Source: an uncultured Candidatus Saccharibacteria bacterium
GTDB taxonomy: Bacteria; Patescibacteriota; Minisyncoccia; Phycocordibacterales; JACNGX01
Assembly: GCA_964621395.1 (NCBI GenBank)
Contig: CAZULS010000001.1
Coordinates: 245,106-309,105 of the forward strand
Direction: 5' to 3'
DNA: 64,000 nt
The notes under the pieces are model-generated. The model saw nothing but the letters and a program-made list of their open reading frames with translations. It was not told the origin of the DNA and did not search any database. Shown piece by piece: positions 48,773 to 57,506 of this stretch. The translations under genes were made by a program, and so were the position numbers. How positions within the stretch are numbered: the stretch's first letter is position 1; each line of letters opens with the position of its first letter.

Positions 48773-50524
48773 ATGGCACCATCTCGCAACACACCAAAAT
48801 CAACCGCGCGCGCTTCAAAGAAGCGCGCGCGAAAATATATCTTCGTCGTCGGCGGTGTTATCTCCGGCGTGGGGAAGGGAGTAACGGCATCATCGATTGC
48901 CAAAATCATTCAAAGCCGTGGCTTCAATGTCACGGCAATCAAAATCGATCCGTATGTGAATGTCGATGCCGGCACCATGAACCCCACAGAACATGGCGAA
49001 GTGTTTGTGTTGAATGATGGCTACGAAACGGATCAGGACCTCGGAAACTACGAGCGATTTTTGAATATTACCTTGCCGTCGAAGAATTATATGACCACCG
49101 GTCGGGTGTACCAAGCGGTGATTGAGCGTGAACGCAACCTCGGCTATAAAGGAAAATGTGTGCAAGTGGTGCCGCATATTCCGCTTGAAGTGGTATCGCG
49201 TATTAAAAAGGCTGCAAAAGATGCTGATGCTGATGTGACCGTGGTGGAAGTCGGTGGCACCGTGGGTGAGTATGAAAATATTTTGTATCTCGAAGCAGCC
49301 CGCATGCTCAAGAGTGAAGACCCAAAGAGCGTCATGACGGTCATGGTCTCATATTTGCCAACGCCACCAAAGGTGGGGGAAATGAAAACAAAGCCAACAC
49401 AGCATGCGAGCCGCTTGCTCAATTCTGCCGGTTTGAATGCGGACATTATCATTGCTCGATCAGAAATGCCGATTGATAAAAAACGCAAGGAAAAAATTGC
49501 TACGTTCTGCAGCATTCTCCCTGAGCGAGTGATCTCCGCACCCGATGCCGATAGTATTTATGATATTCCGGTCAACTTTGAAAAAGACAATCTCGGCGAT
49601 ATCATGCTCGATTTGCTCGCACTTCCGAAGCGTGATCGCGATATGGCACACTGGCGTGCGTATGCATCGCTCGTAAAGCGTGTGTCGGAACCGGTGCATG
49701 TGGCGATTGTAGGAAAATATTTCAGCACGGGCGACTTTGTACTCTCCGATGCATATATTTCGGTCATTGAATCAATCAAGCACGCCGCCTACGGACTCAA
49801 GAAAAAGCCGAAAATCTCATGGCTCTCGGCAGAACAGTTTGAAGACACAAAAAATCTCAGAGAGCTCAAAAAGTATGATGCGATTTTGGTGCCGGGTGGT
49901 TTTGGTGAGCGCGGTATTGAGGGGAAACTCAATGTCATTTGCTACGCGCGCGAGCAAAAGATTCCGTATTTCGGACTCTGCTACGGTATGCAGCTTTTGG
50001 TAACTGAATTTGCTCGACACAAAGCAGGTCTCAAGGGCGCCAACACCGCTGAAATCGATGAAAACGCTCCGCATGTGGTAATTGATATTATGGACGACCA
50101 AAAGAAGAAACTCGAAGAAGGCGACTACGGCGGCAGTATGCGTTTGGGTGCGTACCCGGCGGTGCTTCGTAAAGGCACCATTGCGCGCAAGGCATATAAA
50201 TCAGAGGACATCAGCGAACGACACCGTCATCGCTATGAAGTGAATCCCAATTATATTGCCAAGCTCGAGGATGCCGGTTTGATATTCTCCGGCACCTCGC
50301 CCGACGGCAGACTCATGGAAATTGCCGAGCTTCCCGCAAGCAAACATCCGTTCTTCCTCGGAAGCCAATTCCACCCCGAATTCAAATCACGTCCGCTCCA
50401 CCCCCATCCGCTTTTCACCGCATTTATGAAAGCAGCTTCAAATCGTGCACTCTCGCGCAAGTCCAAAAGCACCAAACCGGCCAAAGTTTCAAATAAGAAG
50501 AGGAAGTCCAAGAGTAGAAAATAA
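48773..50524 (+). CDS. pyrG: CTP synthase
   Basis: Internal ATG (MAPSRN...KYIFVVGGVISGVGKG). Synthetase domain plus glutamine amidotransferase domain (GLCYGMQ, HPEF). Basic 22-aa N-terminal extension and Lys-rich C-terminal tail (SRKSKSTKPAKVSNKKRKSKSRK). Confidence 0.9.
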   Translation: MAPSRNTPKSTARASKKRARKYIFVVGGVISGVGKGVTASSIAKIIQSRGFNVTAIKIDPYVNVDAGTMNPTEHGEVFVLNDGYETDQDLGNYERFLNITLPSKNYMTTGRVYQAVIERERNLGYKGKCVQVVPHIPLEVVSRIKKAAKDADADVTVVEVGGTVGEYENILYLEAARMLKSEDPKSVMTVMVSYLPTPPKVGEMKTKPTQHASRLLNSAGLNADIIIARSEMPIDKKRKEKIATFCSILPERVISAPDADSIYDIPVNFEKDNLGDIMLDLLALPKRDRDMAHWRAYASLVKRVSEPVHVAIVGKYFSTGDFVLSDAYISVIESIKHAAYGLKKKPKISWLSAEQFEDTKNLRELKKYDAILVPGGFGERGIEGKLNVICYAREQKIPYFGLCYGMQLLVTEFARHKAGLKGANTAEIDENAPHVVIDIMDDQKKKLEEGDYGGSMRLGAYPAVLRKGTIARKAYKSEDISERHRHRYEVNPNYIAKLEDAGLIFSGTSPDGRLMEIAELPASKHPFFLGSQFHPEFKSRPLHPHPLFTAFMKAASNRALSRKSKSTKPAKVSNKKRKSKSRK

Positions 50525-50757
50525 AAGACCACCAGGTTTAACCTCGGGCTTGTCCCGAGGTTAAACCTTGGGAACGTGAAGCAATACATAAAACACAAGA
50601 GCGCGGAGACATGAAATGTCTCCGCGCCCTTGTGTTTTGTCCGTCATTCCACACATGATCCTAAACCGCAAGCGGTCGGATACAATGCGGGATTTCGTAA
50701 TACTGCACCACGCCACGCTGGAAAAACGCTATATTGTATGCTATTCTATGAAAACCT

Positions 50758-50831
50758 TGCCGGGTCATCTAGTGGTAGGATGCGAGTTTCTGGCACTCGT
50801 CACCGGGGTTCGAATCCCTGCCCGGCAGCCA
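50758..50831 (+). tRNA. tRNA-Gln (CTG)
   Basis: U1:A72 acceptor (tgccggg/cccggca) typical of bacterial tRNA-Gln, anticodon stem cgagt/actcg with loop uuCUGgc, T arm ccggg-gttcgaatcc-ctg, discriminator G, encoded CCA. Track ORF 50616..50837 overlapping it is spurious. Confidence 0.8.
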
Positions 50832-50881
50832 ATTTGAGATAGGTTCAGAATCCGAGTACCATATCTCAGATAAGAAACAAT

Positions 50882-51586
50882 ATGACTAAAGAACAACACT
50901 TTCTTCCTGAACACGCACAAGGGCAATTTCATTGCCCACATTGCGGTGTTTATGCAAAACAGCGATGGTCGCACTTAAGTGCAGTGGGTGACGTGCATAC
51001 CACCAAATGGGGTGGCGGCTCTGTTAAGAATGCCTCAAGTATTCTCGGAACTACTCTTACTAACGGCAATCTCACAGATGATTGGTCCCTCTCTGTTTGC
51101 GAGCACTGTAATGGATTATCTATATGGCATAAACGTCGAATGATTTATCCAGAAAAGATTATTGTTGAGGAGCCCAATGCAGATTTGTCGGGAGAGATTC
51201 AAAAGGACTACCTGGAAGCCGCGAATGTACTTGCCAATTCACCACGCTCAGCAGCAGCGATTCTACGGCTTGCTCTCCAAAAACTTTGTAAACAGCTGGG
51301 CGAGAAAGGAGAAAACATAAACGATGATATTGGTGCACTTGTAAAGAAAGGGCTTAATCCTGCGATCCAAAAATCTCTCGATGCGCTTCGTATCACTGGG
51401 AATAACGCTGTTCATCCAGGGGAACTCGACATTACAGAAGAACCAGGGCGGGTCATTAAGCTTTTTGGTCTTCTGAATTTTATTGCAGAAAAAATGATTA
51501 CCGAACCGAAGGAAATTGACTCATTCTACGAAGGATTACCAGATGGTGCGAAACAAGCGGTAGAAAAGCGTGATCAAGACAAATAA
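50882..51586 (+). CDS. Zinc-ribbon + putative HEPN/DUF4145-like protein
   Basis: 234 aa; N-terminal Cys4 (CPHCG...CEHCNG); C-terminal alpha-helical region with AILRLALQKL and LRITGNNAVHPGE (R...GN..H). First gene 3' of tRNA-Gln. Confidence 0.35.
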   Translation: MTKEQHFLPEHAQGQFHCPHCGVYAKQRWSHLSAVGDVHTTKWGGGSVKNASSILGTTLTNGNLTDDWSLSVCEHCNGLSIWHKRRMIYPEKIIVEEPNADLSGEIQKDYLEAANVLANSPRSAAAILRLALQKLCKQLGEKGENINDDIGALVKKGLNPAIQKSLDALRITGNNAVHPGELDITEEPGRVIKLFGLLNFIAEKMITEPKEIDSFYEGLPDGAKQAVEKRDQDK

Positions 51587-51695
51587 CGGATCCCAACTTT
51601 TTACTGGTTTAAAGTAAAAGAAGTAGAGAAAGAAATAATCAAAATGAAACAAAGTCTCATTTTGAGCGAAAAATATATGGCACTAGATTTTTTGT

Positions 51696-52076
51696 ATGAA
51701 AATAAGAAAAGAAAACATATTAATTCGAGCGATAGGGTTTCTACTTTCTCTTGTTTGGTTTGGTATAAGTTTTATCAAAATGTTATTTTCAATGCTTAAG
51801 GAAAAAATACAAAAAAGAAAGAAAATGACACTAGAAGAGACTGATGAGTTTTTAAATAAAGAAATAAAACGTGTCATTAAACATCTCGTCGAATCTTTTG
51901 AAAGAGGCGAAGTGGATGAAGATCAGCTTCTTGGTGAGCGCAGGATCGTCATTGCTATTGTCTTCGACAGGGAAAGATTGCTCCCTGACGGTTTTACCAA
52001 AGAAGAAGCAATGGAAAGATTGACACCTTCGTGGCGTGAGGAAGTGAGGTATCACTACAGGCTTCGCCATAAATAA
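51696..52076 (+). CDS. Small membrane protein (126 aa)
   Basis: N-terminal TM (AIGFLLSLVWFGISFIKMLF), charged C-terminus. Its stop lies 2 nt before the Nudix start. Confidence 0.3.
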   Translation: MKIRKENILIRAIGFLLSLVWFGISFIKMLFSMLKEKIQKRKKMTLEETDEFLNKEIKRVIKHLVESFERGEVDEDQLLGERRIVIAIVFDRERLLPDGFTKEEAMERLTPSWREEVRYHYRLRHK

Positions 52077-52078
52077 CT

Positions 52079-52663
52079 ATGGACATCCAAAAACCAAAAT
52101 CAGCACAGCCAATTCCTGAACACGCCAAGTGTGTGTTTAAGGGCGTGATGTTTGACGTGTATCAATGGGAGCAGGAATTATATAACGGAACAACGACGAC
52201 GTTTGAGAAATTGAAGCGTGCTGATACGGTGATGGTGTATCCAGTACTTCCCGATGGCAAAATTCTTTTAGCCGAACAAGAACAGCCCGGTAAAGAACCC
52301 TTTATAAGTGCTGCGGGTGGTCGTGTTGACGAGGGGGAAGAAGTGTTTGACGCGGCGAAGCGTGAACTTTTGGAGGAGACGGGATATGAGGCAGATGAAT
52401 GGACTCTTTGGAAAGCAGTACAGCCGGGAAGTAAAATTGATTGGGCGGTCTATTCTTTCATTGCTAAGGGACTACGGAAGGTTGCTGATTTGAATCTCGA
52501 TGGTGGCGAGAAGATTACTCCCAAGCCGGTGACATTCGAAGAGTTTCTTGAGATGGGCACGAATGACCGGTTCGGTGAAAAGGAAATTGTTCCCGAACTT
52601 CTCCTGGCGAAAATTGATTCGGAAAAAGAGAGGGAAATAAGAGCATTATTTTCCGCAGATTAA
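52079..52663 (+). CDS. Nudix hydrolase
   Basis: Nudix box GGRVDEGEEVFDAAKRELLEETG (G-x5-E-x7-REUxEExGU). Confidence 0.7.
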   Translation: MDIQKPKSAQPIPEHAKCVFKGVMFDVYQWEQELYNGTTTTFEKLKRADTVMVYPVLPDGKILLAEQEQPGKEPFISAAGGRVDEGEEVFDAAKRELLEETGYEADEWTLWKAVQPGSKIDWAVYSFIAKGLRKVADLNLDGGEKITPKPVTFEEFLEMGTNDRFGEKEIVPELLLAKIDSEKEREIRALFSAD

Positions 52664-52698
52664 GGTCTCACCTTAATCTAATCCTTAATCAAGATTTG

Positions 52699-52740
52699 AA
52701 GCGTATCAAACGCTTGCTTTTATCGTATCACAATGATACG
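52699..52740 (+). promoter_or_regulatory. Two palindromic operator-like sites sharing CGTATCA half-sites
   Basis: aagcgtatcaaacgctt (52699-52717) and cgtatcacaatgatacg (52724-52740), about 100 nt 5' of the AbiEi-like gene. Confidence 0.45.
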
Positions 52741-52838
52741 AAAAATGACCTGAGATGATACGATATTTCTTGCTTTTGAGGGGAAACGGGTTGTTGTTTG
52801 ACACTGTATTTCACATATGATACACTATTGTCATACTT

Positions 52839-53456
52839 ATGAAAAGCAAAGAAAATTTGTTATATCAGTTGAATCTCTTGCCTCATTTTACCAAAGACAC
52901 GGTATATCGTCTTGGAGAGCAGTTGGGGCTTCGGAAAAGCACGGTTGACACATATATCAGCCGGTTTTTGAAGCGCAAGGAAATAATACGATTGAAAAAA
53001 GGATTGTACATATCGTCGGTGTTTTATTCGACACATGTAAGCGATATGTCGTATCTGTTTTGTCTTGCCAATATTCTCCGAACGCCTTCATATGTAAGTT
53101 CATGGACAGCGCTTCAGTATTATAATCTTACAACCGAAGTGATACACCCGATTATATCAACAACGACAAAAGTGACACGGACGCAGGAAACGAAGGTGGG
53201 GACGTTTTCGTATCAGTCAATTCGGAACGATCTTTTTTCAGATTATGTGCGTGTGAACGGGGCATTTGATTTTTTCATTGCGACACCGTCGAAGGCATTG
53301 TTCGATCTCTTGTACTTCAGGACACGGCAATTTCGCGGCGTGAACCGCGGGGATATTGATCGCATAGTTGAAGAACTGCGGATTGATATTGACGAAATAA
53401 ACGATACCGAGCGAAGCAAGTTTTACACGTATATCAAAGAATACATTCATGAGTAA
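52839..53456 (+). CDS. AbiEi-like antitoxin (type IV TA / abortive infection, N-terminal wHTH)
   Basis: 205 aa. 8-nt overlap with the downstream NTase-fold gene. Size and architecture match the AbiEi_4-type partner of AbiEii; family assignment is from motif memory only. Confidence 0.45.
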   Translation: MKSKENLLYQLNLLPHFTKDTVYRLGEQLGLRKSTVDTYISRFLKRKEIIRLKKGLYISSVFYSTHVSDMSYLFCLANILRTPSYVSSWTALQYYNLTTEVIHPIISTTTKVTRTQETKVGTFSYQSIRNDLFSDYVRVNGAFDFFIATPSKALFDLLYFRTRQFRGVNRGDIDRIVEELRIDIDEINDTERSKFYTYIKEYIHE

Positions 53457-54732
53457 TCATATTATTGCCATGCTGAAAAAACGAATCGAGGAGCTTGATA
53501 TGTATGACACACTGGATGCCGAGACTCGTCGCAATGTGCTCAAAGAAGAGCTGCAGTTTTACGTGCTTGATTTCATCTATCATCATCCCGAATATCATAG
53601 ATGGATTATGTACGGCGGTTCCGCATTGCGTATTCTGCACGGATTGAATCGCATGTCGGTGGATTTGGATTTTGAAGTGTCGCGCGCGGTAACGAATGAT
53701 TTTTTGCAGACACTTAAGAATGAGATTGAAACTCACTTCTCACAGACGTACGGGACCGATACTGATTTTCTCACAGCCAAGGTCGTTGGTGGCAGAGGGC
53801 TGAAACTCAAGTTTCATATTGGTGAAATGCTCGGTATTGACCACCCTTCGAAACAGGTTCATGTAAAGATTGACCTCAATCGCTTTGTCGCGCCAAAAAC
53901 GGTGACCGAACGAATACCGGTGTCTCGCAATCAGCTTTCTTTTGTGATTCTGACGTACAATATGTCGGCGCTTATGGCAAGTAAAATCGCCGCCATTGTA
54001 TTGCGCGGTGCACGCATAGTCGGCAAAAACGTGTATGAAGAGAAAGGGAGAGATATATACGACCTTCTGTGGTATATGGAGAAAAAAATTGTACCCGATT
54101 TTGATTATTTGGTTGCCAAAGAGATTGATATTCGCAACCTTCGTGCGCTTTTTGACACGCTGACGCTTCGTATGAACACGGTAAGCACGGAGAATCTCAA
54201 GCAGGATCTTACTCCTTTGTTTGAGCATAAAACATTTATCGATAATTGGATGACGCATTGGCTGGAACAGTATTTTCATCTTCTTGAAGAATATCATATT
54301 CGGACGGTAACCGATGTGAAGCGTATAGGAGTATACCGGGATTTCTCGTCCGATAATTTCTACTTTACGTATACCTATGATACAGAGGAAAAAGATCCGA
54401 TACGAGTGATATACGCGATGAGCGATTATTGGATTGACTTTGCGCCTCATGCACTGCCGAATGATGTTGATGAAAAGATAGCATCACTGATTGGGTTTGG
54501 TGGCAACGGCATGACAAGCCATCCTTCTTCTGAGGAAATGATAAAGAAGTATACAACGTTGTTTTTTAAGAAGACGGAAGAGTATTTTAAGAAAACACAT
54601 AACGTAGTGGTGGGAGATATGCTGGAGACGAAACTGATACGCATGACGGCGGACAATCTCAATCGCAATACAGAGATTGTTCTTACGATGCCGACGCTTT
54701 TGTCATGCGAACTCGATGATTTGTTGAAGTAG
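53449..54732 (+). CDS. AbiEii/AbiGii-family nucleotidyltransferase toxin-like protein (DUF1814-like)
   Basis: 427 aa; N-terminal NTase signature YGGSALRILHGLNRMSVDLDFEV (GG[ST]-x9-R-x-S-x-D-x-D); long C-terminal extension. Confidence 0.55.
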   Translation: MSNHIIAMLKKRIEELDMYDTLDAETRRNVLKEELQFYVLDFIYHHPEYHRWIMYGGSALRILHGLNRMSVDLDFEVSRAVTNDFLQTLKNEIETHFSQTYGTDTDFLTAKVVGGRGLKLKFHIGEMLGIDHPSKQVHVKIDLNRFVAPKTVTERIPVSRNQLSFVILTYNMSALMASKIAAIVLRGARIVGKNVYEEKGRDIYDLLWYMEKKIVPDFDYLVAKEIDIRNLRALFDTLTLRMNTVSTENLKQDLTPLFEHKTFIDNWMTHWLEQYFHLLEEYHIRTVTDVKRIGVYRDFSSDNFYFTYTYDTEEKDPIRVIYAMSDYWIDFAPHALPNDVDEKIASLIGFGGNGMTSHPSSEEMIKKYTTLFFKKTEEYFKKTHNVVVGDMLETKLIRMTADNLNRNTEIVLTMPTLLSCELDDLLK

Positions 54733-54741
54733 TTATCATCT

Positions 54742-56910
54742 ATGAGTACGCTCTCAAAACAGGAACGGATTGATCTTTTTAGAGATTTGTTTCGCGGTCG
54801 GGAGGATGTGTTTGCGCGGCGATGGGAGAAATACGGCGGAGGAGTAAGCGGGTACGCGCCGGTGTACATGGACTGGCGGAAGAAGGAGGCATATGTACCA
54901 CTTTCGGATGCGCACATCGAGCGACATTTGACCGGCAACGCTACGCTCGGCGTGTACGCGCTTATTGAAGACAACACCTCGCGTTTTCTTGTCGTTGATT
55001 TCGACGGTGACGGATGGCGGAGCGACGCGCGGAAGTTTTGTGATGTGTGTGCCCCGCGAGGAGTGCCGGTATATGTGGAGCAGTCGCGGTCGGGGAACGG
55101 CGCGCATGTATGGTGCTTTTTCTCCGAGCCGGTTCAGGCGTATATGAGCCGCGCCGTCTTTTTCCGGCTGCTGCGTGAGGCGCGGCACATTGGTGAGTAT
55201 GAAAGGGATGATAGTTTTGACCGGCTGTTCCCCAATCAGGATTATCTTTCGGGAAAAGGGCTGGGGAATTTGATTGCGCTTCCCTTGCAGGGGAAGTCGC
55301 GCAAGGAAGGAAATACGGTGTTTGTGAATCCCGACGATGATTTTGCCGTGTATCCCGATCAGTGGGAGTTTTTGACGAATGTGAAGCGTGTGTCGCGCGG
55401 CGAGATGGAATTGCTGTACGCGGATGGTGTCGCGGATAGCGAATACGGTTCTGGAAAGGGCGATGCAAGGAGGAAGGGGAGGCGCGCGCAGCTTCGCGGC
55501 GCGCGCAATCCGTCCGCCATTCACATCACGCTCGCGCACGACCTCACGATTCCGAAAAAAGATGTTCCTCCAACAATTGCCGCGTATCTGCGCGACGAGC
55601 TGAATTTTTTCAACGCACAGTACGCGATCAAACAGCGCATGGGATTCAGTCCGCACGGCGTGGAAAAATATATCCGCGCCGTCTACGACGATGACACACA
55701 TGTGCATATTCCGCGCGGGTGGTTATCAAACGTTAAAGAGAAATGCGCCGAAGAAGGGTTGGCGGTCGATATCTCGGATATGCGATCTGACGGCGCGCGT
55801 GTCGCGTACACGCCGAGCATTACGCTTCGTCCGTACCAGAAAAAAGCGGTTGACACACTCACTGCAGAAGGAGGTGGCGTGCTTGTTGCGCCGCCCGGCG
55901 CGGGAAAAACGATTATCGGCATCATGGCTGCGGCGAAACTGAAACGCTCCGTGCTTATTCTTACGCATCGCGCGCAAATCTTTAATCAGTGGATCGACGC
56001 GGCGGAATCTTTCCTGGGTATGCCAAAGAAAGACATCGGTCGGTATTCGGGAGCGGAAAAACGCGAAGGAAAAGGATATGTCACCGTTGCCATGGTGCAG
56101 ACAATCGCGCGGATGTCCGATGAAGATACGCGGGTGCTTCGCGACAGATTCGGCATGGTGATATTGGACGAATGCCATCATGTACCGGCGCGTATGTTTC
56201 GCGATTGTGTCGCGCGTTTCAATCCGCGGTATCTCTACGGGCTCACGGCAACGCCAAAGCGCATGGGCAACGACGAAAAACTCATCACCGCGTATCTCGG
56301 GGATACGGCGCATGTGGTTGAGCCGGCGGACATGTGCGGAAATGCGGAAGGAAAAAGCGGGAACGCACAAACACTCGATATCGCAGTACGCGAGACGAAA
56401 CTATCGCTGCCGTTTTCGCCAAAAGCGACCGACATGCCGACGCTTGGGCGTATTGTCTCTCACGACGCCGAGCGGAACGCGCTAATTTCTGCAGACGTGA
56501 GAAAAGAAGTCGAGAAAGGGAATGCGTGTCTTGTTCTCACCGAGCGGAAAGAGCATGCCGATGTGCTGGCATGGTACTTGAGACGCCACGCGGACACAGC
56601 GCTCTTTACCGGAGACCTTTCGGGACGAAAACGGCGGGATACCGAAGCGCGGATAAAGAAGGGGGATTTCGACGTGATTGTGGCAACTGGACACATGCTC
56701 GGCGAAGGAGCCGATATCCCCGCTCTTTCACGACTCTTTCTCGCGTTCCCGTTTTCATTCGAGGGTAAGCTGATTCAATACCTCGGCCGTGTCGGACGAA
56801 ACGATTTGCCCTCGCGCGTCTACGACTACCGCGACAGCAACATTCCGCTTTTGGAAAAGAAATTCACCGCGCGTCGCAGACGGTACCGAAAAATGACAGA
56901 TGCTATATAA
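54742..56910 (+). CDS. Archaeo-eukaryotic primase (AEP/PrimPol)-like domain fused to SF2 DEXH-box helicase
   Basis: 722 aa. N-terminal AEP motifs: FLVVDFDGDG (motif I, DxD), SGNGAHVWCFF (motif II, sGxGxH), DRLFPNQD (motif III candidate). C-terminal helicase: LRPYQ (Q motif), APPGAGKT (I), ILDECHH (II), GLTATP (III), QYLGRVGR (VI). GC-rich (about 58-60%). Confidence 0.6.
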   Translation: MSTLSKQERIDLFRDLFRGREDVFARRWEKYGGGVSGYAPVYMDWRKKEAYVPLSDAHIERHLTGNATLGVYALIEDNTSRFLVVDFDGDGWRSDARKFCDVCAPRGVPVYVEQSRSGNGAHVWCFFSEPVQAYMSRAVFFRLLREARHIGEYERDDSFDRLFPNQDYLSGKGLGNLIALPLQGKSRKEGNTVFVNPDDDFAVYPDQWEFLTNVKRVSRGEMELLYADGVADSEYGSGKGDARRKGRRAQLRGARNPSAIHITLAHDLTIPKKDVPPTIAAYLRDELNFFNAQYAIKQRMGFSPHGVEKYIRAVYDDDTHVHIPRGWLSNVKEKCAEEGLAVDISDMRSDGARVAYTPSITLRPYQKKAVDTLTAEGGGVLVAPPGAGKTIIGIMAAAKLKRSVLILTHRAQIFNQWIDAAESFLGMPKKDIGRYSGAEKREGKGYVTVAMVQTIARMSDEDTRVLRDRFGMVILDECHHVPARMFRDCVARFNPRYLYGLTATPKRMGNDEKLITAYLGDTAHVVEPADMCGNAEGKSGNAQTLDIAVRETKLSLPFSPKATDMPTLGRIVSHDAERNALISADVRKEVEKGNACLVLTERKEHADVLAWYLRRHADTALFTGDLSGRKRRDTEARIKKGDFDVIVATGHMLGEGADIPALSRLFLAFPFSFEGKLIQYLGRVGRNDLPSRVYDYRDSNIPLLEKKFTARRRRYRKMTDAI

Positions 56911-56919
56911 TGGACATGT

Positions 56920-57459
56920 ATGATTGCGTTTGAAACACATGCGGGGAAGGAGATTAATCTTGATGCCGTGGAAGCGGTGATGCTCGGGAAACATGCCGAG
57001 CCGCGCTTTTTGGACGTGGTGACGGGGCGGGTTGAGAGTGAGCCGAGTGTGACGCGCATGGAGATTCCGGTGATATCCAAGGAGCGATTTGAAAAAGAAA
57101 TGCGGTCGTTTATTGATATGATGGCGGTATGGGAGAATGATGAATCCGATGCGTGTATAATTGAGAAACTAACAGCGCTTCTTTCAGGAAAAGAGGTGTA
57201 TGATAAGGCGATGCAGATACTTCAAACGGACGAAGCATGGATGATTGGCTGGCGCGAATGGATTTCCACAAGCGTGTGGGAAGAAATGCGCGCGTGGCTG
57301 CTTTCCGCCGATAACGGTATCGTTGAGGTTGCAACATTCAATTGCTCATGCGCGCTCTGTCACGACATGGCGCAAGGCATGAAAGGCAATGAACGTATTC
57401 GTGTGGATTGGAATTTGGATAATATGAATGAGGATGGAAATGATAAGCTAGAAAAATGA
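56920..57459 (+). CDS. Hypothetical protein (179 aa) coupled to the AEP-helicase gene
   Basis: Starts 10 nt after the helicase stop; same GC-rich composition. Acidic, with a Cys cluster CSCALCH near the C-terminus. No known family recognised. Confidence 0.35.
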   Translation: MIAFETHAGKEINLDAVEAVMLGKHAEPRFLDVVTGRVESEPSVTRMEIPVISKERFEKEMRSFIDMMAVWENDESDACIIEKLTALLSGKEVYDKAMQILQTDEAWMIGWREWISTSVWEEMRAWLLSADNGIVEVATFNCSCALCHDMAQGMKGNERIRVDWNLDNMNEDGNDKLEK

Positions 57460-57506
57460 AATGTGCATAAGGCACTTTCGCGTCCATTTTGGTATACTAG
57501 ACCGGT

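Noticed and set aside
50616-50842. Track ORFs 50616..50837 and 50630..50842 (+), 73 and 70 aa
   Set aside because: They overlap the tRNA-Gln gene (50758..50831) and are translations of tRNA sequence. Spurious.
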